Assembly: GCA_036172245.1 (NCBI GenBank)
Contig: JAYWIR010000102.1
Location: 1-64,000, forward strand
Length of the DNA stretch: 64,000 nucleotides
Source of the DNA: Raillietiella orientalis
Lineage: Eukaryota
Direction: 5' to 3'
Shown here one piece after another: positions 52,251 through 64,000 of this stretch. Position 1 is the first letter of the stretch, and every line of letters begins with the position of its first letter. The notes beneath the pieces are model-generated. The model was not told the DNA's origin and did no database searches. It was given only the letters and a program-made list of their open reading frames with translations. Made by a program: the position numbers and the translations under genes.

Positions 52251-53458
52251 CCTAGGGCGGCGCCAGGGCAAGGGTCGTTTTGGGACTCCCGAATTCGCTC
52301 GGGAGGACTTCACAGGAGAGCCGCAGGCGACTGGAGCAAAAAGATGCGAGGTTGCAAGAAGAAGGGAAAGAACGGCAGTCGCATGCCGCGCACCTCCATG
52401 CGAGGTCCCTTGCCCCTCAGGCGAAACTGCAAGGTTGTTGCTTCACGCCCACCGCCTCCTTCACGATTCACCCCCATCGTTCCCTTGCCCCCCCCCCCCT
52501 CCTCCCCTCACCCCTTTCCGAGGGAAAGACGCAGCGCGCGTTGGGTGGGGCTGCTTATGACCCGCGCCGTCCGAGAACTCCTCGTCGGACCCGTTTCCCG
52601 ACTCCAGCGCCACAGGGCACCTCGACCTTTGGCCGCAACGATGCCGAGGCAGGTGAGAAACCACTTCACGGAGGCACCCTGCCCACGTGGACCGCCGTGC
52701 CGCCCGTGGAACCATTGCCATGGCGGCCACGGAAAATCCCTGCTCCTCGTCCGAGCGCTCACCGTCTGAACCGAATTCCAGCCGCACGTCCCTTCCCGAT
52801 TGGATTTGCTGTTTACGTCCGTGTGGCCGGCAGAGACCTCCCCGTTCGCGTCGGGGAGCACCTTTTTTCTTCTTCTTCTTCTTCACGTGTTTTCGATCAT
52901 CCCACTCCTTTTTCCTCCGTGGCAAATCTTCCACGGGGGAAGGGGGGGGGGATTTATTCTATTTCATTTTGTATTTTCTTCCCGTTTGGATTATCAAGTG
53001 CGCCCCTACTGTCACGTTGAGTCGGCGGCGGCTATGCCCTGTTTTTTTTTTTTTTTTTTTTTTTCTCCTTCTTCTTTTTCTTTTTCCTCTTCACGCCGTG
53101 TGCTCTCCCAAGCAGAGCTGCTCGCCTTCGCCATTCCTTAATTCGCTGCTTCTTCTTCACAGCGACTTCCTTTTTCATGTCCTCTTTCGTGTTTCAGCAA
53201 ACTCGAAAATCCTCTTCGTCTCGACAGAGTCCGTAAAAGGGGGGGAGGGAGGGAGGGGTTGAGAGAGAGAGAGAGGGAGAGAGAGAGGCAAAACTCTACA
53301 CCGTTACACTATTTTTTATTCAGATCTTGCGGTATCTTATTTGTGATTATCTTTCATCGTGCCCTTATTTTCCATGGAAGACGAATATCAGCCAAAAGCC
53401 ATTCTAGATGGGTGCCCTTGTTTATCTTCAAGAGGGCATCGACTGTGTTAAAGAGGCG

Positions 53459-53573
53459 AGTAGTAGTAGTAGTAGTAGTGGTGGTGGTGGTGGTGGTGGT
53501 GGTGGTAGTAGCAGTAGCAGTAGTAGCAGTAGTAGTAGTAGTAGTAGGAGGAGGAGGAGCAGCAGCAGCAGCA
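53459..53573. repeat. Compound trinucleotide microsatellite (AGT)n(GGT)n(AGC/AGT)n(AGG)n(AGC)n
   Basis: Directly visible; near a (GA)n run at 53261-53287 and poly-T at 53042-53064. Confidence 0.95.
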
Positions 53574-56500
53574 TTCCCGTTAACGACAAAGGAATCCGGG
53601 AAGGGAGAGAAAAATTCGCGCCTGCCCTCGGCAGGACTCGTCGCCGAGGGCGGGGAGGGAGGAACTTCCTCCAGGACGACGACGCAACACGTTGTTTTCT
53701 GGAGCTAATCAACGCGTTCCGAATCGCTGTCTTTCCTCCCGAGAAAATAAACACACAACTGCCCTCCTACGGCAAAATACCTCGTTGCCATCACATAATG
53801 ACGGGACTCGCATGACTGTTTACTACGTTCCCCGCGCTGAAGGTTAGCAGCGAAAAAGCAGAAAGGTTCATTCTTGCTTTCCGACGTTATCTGCTTTTGA
53901 TTGGCGAACACAATTGCACTTGATGAATGACGTATCCCGTCATATTGTGTGTGCTGAGTAGTGGATTGCGAACTGCCGTGTAGGTTGTCAGTGTTTGCTG
54001 ATGGTGAAAGTAGTGGAAATCGTACGTTCGAGGAAAGAAAACGGGATTTTTGTTATGGTGACGAACCTTGAGTAGGTGAGTGCATATAACGTGCTGTTGC
54101 TCGCGGTCCAGGAAATAGGGAGAGAGGAGAATGCCAAGTGTGAGAACGGAAGTCAGATCAGGTTTTGTCGCATCGCTTGCATTACTCTCATTGTTAGCAG
54201 TGTTTTCGGGTTTTCCATGGCAACCGCTCGACAAATACCACGGTGGCTGTGTACACGTCCGCCGGTTTCCCCCGCGAGCGTGCTGTGTACGCGTGTATTC
54301 ATTAATTGAGCAATAAATTGAGCGGGAGGGGTTTTAAAATACAAAATGGGCTATTCGTAATCTTTTTTTTTTTTTGCCTCTCCCTCTCCTCTCCCCCCCC
54401 CTCCCTCCCCCGTCTTCGCAAGGATATGTATTTCAGTGTTTTGGAGCTCAATTTCTGCTTCGATTCCGATTGAGGCACACCGAGACGGATTCCGACGGAT
54501 TTGTGCACATACGCAGTTCAGGTTGTCGGAGTGTACGCTCGCAGTCCTCCCGCCTTGCGAACGTCCGCCGTCGGGTGTACACTGTGCATTTTTGTGCATG
54601 AAAATACGTGCCGTGCAGGGGGTGCTCGCTGCTCGTAAGGACAAAGGAATATCTTGCCCGACGTCGGATCGTGTTGTGAGCAGAGATATGGTGTGCCTTC
54701 TCACTTGAAAAAGTGCCCCGAAAAAACGGAAGAAAGAACAGAAGAGGAAGGAGAAGAAGGGGGAAAAGAGCCCAACACGTTATTGTGAGTTTGCGAAATT
54801 CTGCATTATCTTCACGTGGACGAAAGTACGTTTCGATCGTTTTGCCGTGGTGAAATTTCGCGTGTGCGGCAGCGAAGGAGCGGAAAGTCGCACACCACCG
54901 ATTCCTTGCGATTTCTTTCCCCTTACGGTGGTCGCGGGGGGGTCTGCAGAGGGGGTCCCGGCGAGCCGCACGTGAAATTCCTTTCCGCGGAGGGAATCCC
55001 GGCCACGGGCACCACGGCGCGCGCCTTTTTCCCCCCCCCTCCCCCCCCCCCACGTGTTGGTCCACGCATCCCGCCCGAATTCCGATTCTCCATCGGGGAA
55101 TTCCTGGCGTGGTTTCTCCTGCTGCTGGCTCGGGAGTTTTCGAAACGCTGCGAAAACGTGACGTCCCCATCACCGCGCGCGACACGACCGGCAGCCATGG
55201 GATGCCCAATTATACGAAAAGAGTCCGCTAATGAACATCCTCCATTCGTACGGTTCCTGCCGCTGCACCACCGGGAACCGACCACCACCGCGCGCCGGTC
55301 ACCTGCACGCACGTGTCTGCGCTTCCCGCGCCCCGGCGCCATCCACCGTGCCACCCTCACCCGACCGGCGTGCGTTCGGGAGCGGCCTTGCTCGGCCACC
55401 GTCCGCTGCAGGTCCCCCCACGTGGACGGGCAGCTGCCCCCCGCCTGCGGTCCTCTCCCTGGAGTCCGCTCGCCCGGCGCCGCGTCCGGGGCAAACGGTC
55501 ACGTTGCTCGGTCCCGTCCTTCCGACCGGGGTGCTTCGTGCCCCCGCCCCCCTCCTGCTCGCGTGCACCACCAAAGTTCCGTTTGCCAGAAAGGCCCTCC
55601 TCGTACGAAAACCTCCGAATCTGCCAAATGGCCCATTTCGCCATGCACTTTGTTTTCGAGTTTGTGAAATTTCGGAAGTTTCGCCCCCAACGGATGTGCC
55701 GATGCACGCGCGCCTGCGTATTCCCTTCCGAAAGAGTGACCACGTCGCTGCGTGTGTGGGCGTTTGGGGGTGGGGGGGAATAAGGGCCACGGAAAAAGGG
55801 ATCGCGAACAGTACTTGATTCGATTTTGTCTTTGTACGGTGTTCCTGTCAGCTTCCATTGAAGCATCGCAGGATCATCTCCATGACGACATCTCCATCAG
55901 ACAGCTGCTAAAAAATGTACTGACCTGCCCAGGTCAGGAAAGTGACTTTCCTGCCCTTCTTTTCTTCCTCCGTGATCTTCTTTCCTTCTCCTTTCGGATG
56001 CAGTTGTGCGTCCGCGCGTGTGGGGGGTGGGTGGGGCAACTACAAGTCGCAGGAGCATCCTCAAAATCATCTTAAATTCGCTAATGAAGCGGTGCAAAAT
56101 TCCGCAACGAAAATGGACCGATCTCCGCTTTCTCGTGAAAACAATTCATGAAAAGTTATTCAGCCGTTACGTACTCCCATCGTGCATGAATGAGATGCAT
56201 TGCCCATGTTTTCTTATACTACAACTCCATGCGTTATTTGCCCACGGAAAGACGGGCCCTCGTGCTGCGAGTTCCGGCCACGGGAGTGTGGCCACCAAGT
56301 TGCGTAAACAAGGGAGGCGGTCGTCGTTGGTAACCACACGAATCGTCATCTGATAAGGAAAGAGATGCTTTAATGAATGGGTGCTTTTGATAGCTCTACG
56401 AAATTTTCTTATTGGAAAGGCGGTTTTAAGCATCCATCGTGTTCGATATGTCAACACGCTAGCGGATCTTTGAAGAAACGCAAACACTTTCGTGTATTCT

Positions 56501-59500
56501 CGATACCCTCATCCGTGTCACGGGCCCCCAAGAGCGACTGATCCCTCTGGGGTGCGTGCGTTTCCCATCGGAAAGTCATAGGTGGAACGGCTGGAGGTGT
56601 CGCCGTTCGCGCTGAGGAATTTCCAAGATCGTCGAGTTGTCTTCAGAAGTGCACTCCCAGTTGAGACCCGCAGTTGCCTCTTGGAGACCCTCTGCGGCGG
56701 TGCTTGCGGAACTGCGTTGGCGCCGGTGGAGGCGCAAGAACTTGGGTCGCCACTCTTGAGCTCCACTCTGTGAGGCTGCGGGCATCGATGAGATGCAACC
56801 GACCGCCTGCTGCCAAGGAAAAGTGCTAAGGATGGCTTGCGGCAGATTTCCTTGGGTACGATTTTATGCTGCGATTCGTTGCCCGTGCATGCAGAATGGT
56901 CACTTTATAACCGCACGGAAAGTGTGCGCTTCCTGAGCGCAGGGGGAAAGCCGAGATCCTTGGGCGAGCTCCTGCCTCAGCTTCCTCGCCCTCCCTGCCC
57001 CCCTCTGCTGCACCGGTCTGGCGGGGGGGGGGGGGGGTTCGCTCCCGTGCTCGCTTTGCCCCGACGGAGGTTCCTTCGCATTTGTCCACGTCGTCGTCGC
57101 TTTTCCGGAAAGTGTTCGCTCTTCGACAAGCGTTCAGCCTGCTTGCTCGTGCTTTATTCGTTTTCCTATGCTGTTGAGGCTTTCACCTTTTTCATCTGAG
57201 AGGTTCGACTTGAGTGCGAGGTACGACGAGGTCCTCAAGATGTACATTCGTCGCACGAGGGGAGTTCACGAATGGTATTTCGGCGTTTCTCACGTTAACG
57301 TGAACTGAGAAATGCTCGTTGCTGCTGTTTGATTTAATGCGCTGCCCTCTAAGAAAGTGTGCCTTACGAACGTACGTGCGGATTCGAATGTACATATGTG
57401 TACATTCGCTTAACAGAGGCTCTTTCTTTGTCATCGATTCGTGTTTTGATCGAGTTGCAACGGTCGTTACGACTCCAGCTGTTGGCTTTCTTTTTTTTTT
57501 TTTTTTTTCTTTTTGACAGCAGGGAAATATAACTCTTCAGTTTAGGGATTTGGCAGTGATGGCAATTCTGGCGCGTTGGGATTCTTCCACAGTAGGCACG
57601 ACTATTTTTCGAGCTTCTCAGACAAACACGAAATGGGCAAAATTCGGGGACCTCTCGGCAGCAGAGTTTCAGATTTTGAGCAGCCCCCGTGAAAGACCGA
57701 TCCTCAGGGAAGAGTGGAACGAACGTCGTTTCGTTATCTTGGCTTTGGGACTTTCGCCTCCTATCGTGCTACGGTGAAAAGGAAAAGGAAAAGGAAAAAA
57801 AAAAAAAAAAAAAAGGAGGTACATCTGCTTCTCCCGAAGAGGAGGAGGACGTTTTCGAATTCGGGTTCTTTTTTGATCCTTCAAAAGGCGCGATCGAATT
57901 CTTTGCAAGAGTCCGTCAAACTGTTCCTTCGGACGTGATGTGCACGCAATACGGAAACGATGACTTCCAATGTGTGCTTTTTTCTGCGAAAGGAAGGCGC
58001 CCGTCGCATGCGACGGGGATTGGGGACGGTGGTGCGGAACGTTGGTGCCCATTATGCATCATCAAAGTGTATTCCCGCGCGGTAGGAACGGTGGTAAACG
58101 GAAACGGAGTGTACACTCTTGTGGAAACGGCTCCCCAAATTGTAGCTTTGGGAACGTTCCGTGGAATTACGGAAATTTTCTGCGCTGTACTGCGAGCTCC
58201 TCCGATAATTGCGTGGAGCCACGGGATCCAAGGGGAAAATGAAATGGAAACACCCCGTCATTTGATTTCCAGACGGCAAAGTGGACTTCTCGCAAACGCA
58301 GTGTTTGCCGTCTCTGTCTCTTTTTCCTCCGAGTGAGGGTTTTTTTTTTTCTTCTTCTTCTTCTTCTTCTTTTCCTTTTCTCCCCTCCCCCCCCCCTCTC
58401 TCTCCCTCTCCCTATACGCTACGATCACGTATTCCGCTTCTCGGCCCCGTGCCTTTGAAGGTGTACTTTTGCCTCGAGCCAGCGAACGGTCTCGGTCCGT
58501 GCAGAATTACGCGAATTCAAGAAAAATCGAAACTGTCCGGAGGTCGTGTACACATCTGCGTGAACACCCGCGAGAAGCACTTTTCCGCAGCGATTTCCGA
58601 CGAGCATTTGTTCGGAACAACGAATTCGTGTGGTTCTGTGGGCGGCGGGCTCTCCTCCCTCACAATGCGGTCTCACAACGATAGGATTTCTTGCCCAGGC
58701 CCGCCGGAATTCACATCAATTCGGCGGGTCGAAAGAACGGCTTGTTCGCTGCGTTCAGCCACAGCCTCGCGGATGCAGCTTCCACAGTACCAATGGAAGA
58801 TGCTGCAGCTTAGTTTCGCGCTCCGGTTGCCCGTGTTCCATCAGCAATTCCTAATTATGTTAATCAAGGATCGTGTAGTTCTGAAAGCCTCCTCTGTGCT
58901 ACATCAGAATAAATTCATTAAATCCTGCAGGATGTAATTTAACAGTTTTCCGTCCTCCGGACCACCCAAATTTTGTCTGCCATTTATTCTTCGTCACATG
59001 CTTGGCCGTTGTAACTCTGTGGGAGCCGGCAACCCTTATAATCAGAGGCAGAGAAATAAGATCGAGTTACCGGATATTGCGACCCCGAGAAATTATTCCA
59101 TAGGCATTGCGTCTCGGAAAAAGTTTGTTCGAGTCCCTGCACTGCTTGTGCAAACTTTCTTCAGCAGCCCTCCTTCTTCCGTCGCCACTTTTTCCAGCCA
59201 TTATGCGAAAAAAGGAAAAAAAGGAAAGAAAGAAAGAAGAAAAAGCGGAAAGCAAAACGAGTCGCATCACGCACGCTCTGCTATGTTGTACTGTACCGAA
59301 GCTCCTCGGTAGTACATCGAAGAAATCGACACGTTTGTGGAAGAATAGGTGTGTTGTCGTTGTCGGTCATTTATTCATCGACATTGTGCGTCTCCGAACG
59401 AAAAGAGTGCATTCGTCGACTTTTCCCTCGTGTTGGAAGCTTCCAGTTCGAGTCCTTGAGCAGGGAGCACTGTACATATCCGTACGGCTTCCGCCAGCAC

Positions 59501-60134
59501 CTTCCAGTGGTGGTCGCATTTTGCTGTAAAGGCAGTGGTGGTACATTTCCATTTTATCGGGTACTTAGTTTTCAAGGTCTTACCGTTCCATAGCTTGAAG
59601 ATAACCTTTCTGTACTCTCCTGATAAACGCAAAGTAATGTGTGGGCTTTGCAATTACGTTATTTGCGAATGGGTTGATGGCTTCCTCCTGCGCACTTCTT
59701 TTACGTGATGGTTTTTCGTGCTCGTCGTTTGGAGACGAACGCAAAAGCGTGGGGATTTTCCACAAGTCAAAGCCGCTCGACCCCACCGGCCCTGAAGCAC
59801 GTGGAAAATCCTTGTGAATCCGAAGGAATTGCGAGCACACCATCGTGGTGATGCCCGGTTTGTCGCGTGGTGCTCCTCCTTGCTTCGAAGCCCGCCCGTG
59901 ATGGAATGTTCATCGTGATGTACCACCACGCGGAGAAATCTCTGTGCATCTGCAACTCCTTGCACGAACCCATCTTGAAGCACCGAAGATCGTAGTAAGC
60001 CATCTGCTCACTACGGTTTCGTGGGACAGGTGATAGGCCCTAGAGCTCCCCAAACACAGGCAGATGCCCAATTTTAATCCAGGTGGAGCCATTGTGTATT
60101 TCCACCGACATCTGTCCCTTGGGATTTACCCAGC

Positions 60135-60175
60135 CGAAAGCTTTTATAAAAGGCTGTCCTTTATAAAAGCTTTCG
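60135..60175. repeat. Near-perfect inverted repeat (hairpin)
   Basis: CGAAAGCTTTTATAAAAGG-CTGT-CCTTTATAAAAGCTTTCG: ~18-bp arms, 4-nt loop, one bulged A. Confidence 0.85.
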
Positions 60176-63100
60176 TCCTTTGGATGGTTGAAAACCTTAG
60201 CAATGGCCTTACGTTCTGAATTCTCGTCTTCAGTCTTCCAAATAGCTTTGGAAACTTTCAAAAGTGTTGGGAATTCGTGTTCGTGGGCGTGGGTGCTCGG
60301 AAATTAGCTCGGTTTTCATTACTTGAACGTAATAAATGGCGGCGACGGCGGGAAATAGGAATCAAAGTTTGCTTTCCTTCACCTCGTCGTGTGCAGCCCT
60401 GTCCGAAAGTGTCCGCAAAATGTGCTTCGAAATGAGGCATTCCAACGGTCGACGGCTGCTTCCGTGCATCGGAAGCTCTGTTTTCACCAACATTGGTCCG
60501 ATTTGGAGGCTGTTTGATGATTTGTTGTGTGATGCATCGCGTGTTCTCGAGCTCATTCATCTTATGGTCCTTAAGCTTTGGAAAGCGGCGACGTTGCATG
60601 TAGTGGACGCATAAGAAGGGTTTAAGGTCTCCTGTGATCCCTCACGGTCATTTGTGATCTTTCTAAGGAAGCGTATGTGGGAGAAGCCGACTCGCAGTCA
60701 AGTTTCTGGATTTCATTATACCGACCCAGATTCATTAAGAAGTCCGTTTCGGTTCCCCATTTCTCTAAATAGGTGCTACCATCAGAGCAATCCGGTAGCA
60801 AAAAATGATTTTGTTGATTGTTACTTTGGTAAATAAATTATTTTTCATCTTCCATGTCGTTTATTTTATTTACTCATTTGTGTTTATAGTTTCATGGATT
60901 GAGTAGGTTGGCAGCGGCTCCCTGAACAACGCTCCGTGGGGCGGAGATTGCTCGTGCTTGACGGTCGGATGCCGACGGTGGGATGGCTTTGATCTTTCCC
61001 TTCCATTCAAAGGTGAACAGAGTTCTCTTCCGAATGTTACTTCTCCTTCAGCTTCTACGCTGTGGTCTTGGCAAAGAGGCCAAGAAGCGATTGCTCAGAG
61101 TTGGTCGGTGCGATTCTGGTGGCCACGTACTTTTTGCTTGCGCTGCTGACCACCTAATCCTTTCATTTGGTTTGGTTTCACGTTGTCTTTTGGGTGGTTC
61201 CTCGGCAGCGACCATCCTTGCATTTTCCTCCGTCCCTTTAGAAATGGCAAAAAACTCATCTGCCAGGAGCAAAGTTGTCCGCTCCCATTGCCGTTTTTCT
61301 TTCATTTGCTTTTCCCTTGAGCTCTGGGAGGAATGGGAGGTTTCATTCGAGGCAGAATGTCGCTTTCTAGTTGGAAAGTTGTTAATTTGCTATCCGGCCC
61401 TCGTGCTGCGGATCGGAGAGGTTCCATTAAAGGTTTTGGTAACACTGTGTGGACATTTCATGTCTTCGAAAGTGCTGATCAGTACATTATGCTTTTTCCG
61501 ATGTTGCAAAACGAAGTAACTTTTGTTCTGTGCACCGTTATGTTTTGCTTTGCCCACACGGCAAAGACTCTAATAGGTGGGCAGTTGCGCCTCAGAAAGA
61601 GAACGTTTCGCAGTTCGTTTTCAGAGAACTTTCGGTGAACTATCGCATGCACAGACACGGCTCGTTTCCAAATCCACAAAGTATTGAAAGTGGGAGTAAT
61701 TGAACGTTTCAGATGGCTGCGAGACCCCCATTTATGTCGTGTAACGAACGATCCTTCCTTTTTTGCTATCGGACTTATCGGATTATTCTCGGATGTTCGT
61801 TTATCGCACGATAATGGCGCCAACTCTCGTCGACATGACGGAAATTGAATGCATTTTGAGACATTTTGAAAAGGTTTGCATAGCTATCGGTTCGAGCAGC
61901 AGAGTTTGTCAAAGCACGGAAGTCGCCCGTTGGGGGCAAATCGTAAGCATCATCAACACGGAACGGATTCTGTGAGGAGATCGTTTCCCGGAGGTGAATT
62001 TTGCCAGGTCAGGATCGAGTAATTGCGTGACTGACCCATTGGGACGCCTTTTCGAAAGGACGTCCCCCCCCCCCCCCCAGGACTCATCTTCCCGACTGTA
62101 AGCAACCGATTTCGACATCACCTCGAAGGTGTTTTCGTGTAAATCCAAGGATCGTCCGTTAAAGGAAAATCGGAGCGAAAGTGAATGAAAACACACACAC
62201 ACACGTAGGAGAAATAAATGCGATTCATATCGCTAATGTGGAATGAATGTGAGTTATCTTAGGAGCAGAGTCGCAGCAATCCTTTGAGAGATGGAATTCA
62301 CCTCATCAGAATGATAACATGAAAGATAACGCAGCAACTGTTTGCTGGAAAACTAATGATCGTGAATGTAAGAATAGGTATTTCTCAGTCAGTTTTAGTG
62401 GAATTCCTCATTCAAAAACAGCACTTTCAGTGCAAATGCACACGAAATCAAATTAGAAATTTCAGCAAATTAGAAAACTGTTATCGGTTGCGGAGAGTTG
62501 GACAGCACCATTCGTGTCTGTCCCGCGACCCATTATGTGCCCATTACCAGCTTTAGAGGAACGGTCGTGGTGTCCGATGTGCAGCGTGCATGGGAAGATT
62601 CGTCGGTTGATAGTGTACCCCTTATGGGGTGGCATTCATCTATTGCATCGTTCGACAGCCACGGTCAGGGGAAAACGCCATTCGCTGTGTGCTTGGGATC
62701 CTTACGGACGTGGGCCGGCAGCGACGAAATTGCTGTTTGCACGGAAGAGCTGTTTGTACTTTGAATAAGAGATGAAGTGCCTATTAGGCACGGGATTTTC
62801 AGGTCATAGGGCTGTTGAGAGATAAAATGAGAAATAAGGCGGTTTTCGGATCTGTGTTTCTAAATTGCGATGCAAAGCTCCCAATTTTTCTTATTATCTG
62901 CGCTCATACACTTCTCGGCGCACGCGCGCGTGTTATCTCCTCCACCGCGTGGTCATTTTACATTTCTGTCTCTGCACTGAATGATTGCCTTCTCCACATG
63001 AGAAGAAGAATCTTCGGGAAGAAGTCCGCAGTCCGAAGGGTTTGCGAAAAGGACTCGCGCACCTTCCGTGCAGAGGAGAATGGGGGGCTGCCCGCACCCG

Positions 63101-64000
63101 AATGCCCGAACGCAGCTGTATACGTGTACTGTATGGTGGTGTTTGTTTACGTCCGGAAGACGTTTTTTCGTACTCCTTTTCGTAGGTCGTTATCGAAGCA
63201 CTCCCTGTGGCTGCAGATTTGCACCGCGTTCCGCATTGGCGAAACTCTGTCGACCATTTCTGCGAGCATTTGTGGGAGGTGCGCTCTCGTAAAGGGAAAC
63301 TGCCCGTAGTAAAATTCTGCTTCTGCTAAATTCTTGCCTTCTGCCATCAGAAAGAGCACTGCAATCTCAGTCGGTAAATCCTCGTTTTTCTCTTCCAATT
63401 TATCCCTCGATGTTGTGGCTGTGTTTCCTGTTGTCGCCAACACGTGGGCGCTCCCAGCGGTCAAAGAGCAAATAACTGCTCCCCATTTTGATTGCTCGCA
63501 TCCGTTTTTTAAAATACTGTGCGGTTGGCGCAGAAAACTCATAATTAGTGCATTTCCTAATTACGCGTGCGCGTTGCAGTGTATTTTTTTTTTTTTTTTT
63601 TCCATAAGGCCTTTTCCGATGAAATGCGCCTACATGCAAATTACCTTTAATTGCCGATCCTATTACTTTATTACCTGAGCGAATTCCGCCTGGGCGCCGG
63701 CCGAGAGGAGCCGAGCGTTTCCGATGCTGCTTTTGCCCGTCCTCGTCGGCGCGGAAGACCCGCGGAACGCCCGCCGGAGCTCGAAATTCTGTGCAGTAAG
63801 CACTTTGGACTTTGGTCTTCTATAAATAGCGAAGTCCTGCGCGGGTCAAGCGCTGCGGTGGCCTTTCGGTGTCACAGCGAGTTTGCTCGACTTTCCCGTG
63901 GAGCGTCCGAATGCTTCGAAACCGCCGATCCACGCGCATTTGTGGTTTGCGTTGGGTGGTGGCACGGCGGGCAGCGTTTGCTTGCGAGCAGCTCCATCCC

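Noticed and set aside
39400..52900. Numerous long overlapping ORFs (200-430 aa) on both strands
   Set aside because: Pro/Arg/Gly/Ala-rich translations expected from stop-poor high-GC DNA; no coherent domain, only scattered degenerate Gypsy motifs across shifting frames.
53259..53815. ORFs with poly-Val, poly-Ser/Gly or poly-Leu tracts
   Set aside because: These are translations of the compound trinucleotide microsatellite.
63780..63860. TATAAATAG with nearby GAA/TTC as a heat-shock promoter
   Set aside because: GAA-TTC spacing does not fit nGAAnnTTCn, and no downstream gene is visible within the window.

Overview
This is eukaryotic (animal, most likely arthropod-type) genomic DNA; no prokaryotic operons or CRISPR arrays are present. 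It has three compositional zones. (i) About 0.4-20.6 kb is a graveyard of heavily decayed Ty3/Gypsy LTR elements and LINE fragments. It contains one intact, intronless, divergent exocyst Sec6/EXOC3-like ORF (12672-15023) plus a collapsed partial duplicate. (ii) About 20.7-38.8 kb is AT-rich and visibly CpG-poor, with three spliced genes reconstructed exon by exon: GPI-type melanotransferrin/Tsf2 (-), ILF2/NF45 (+) and a divergent beta-sarcoglycan (-). They have unusually small 39-51 nt introns, and the ILF2 and sarcoglycan stop codons are only 25 bp apart. This zone also holds a retroposed 28S rRNA fragment with an A-rich tail and a perfect 14-bp target-site duplication. (iii) About 39.4-52.9 kb is an extremely GC-rich block of decayed Gypsy pol remnants, followed by simple-repeat-rich non-coding DNA to 64 kb. 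Transposon calls rest on degenerate motifs recognised by eye and need HMM confirmation.
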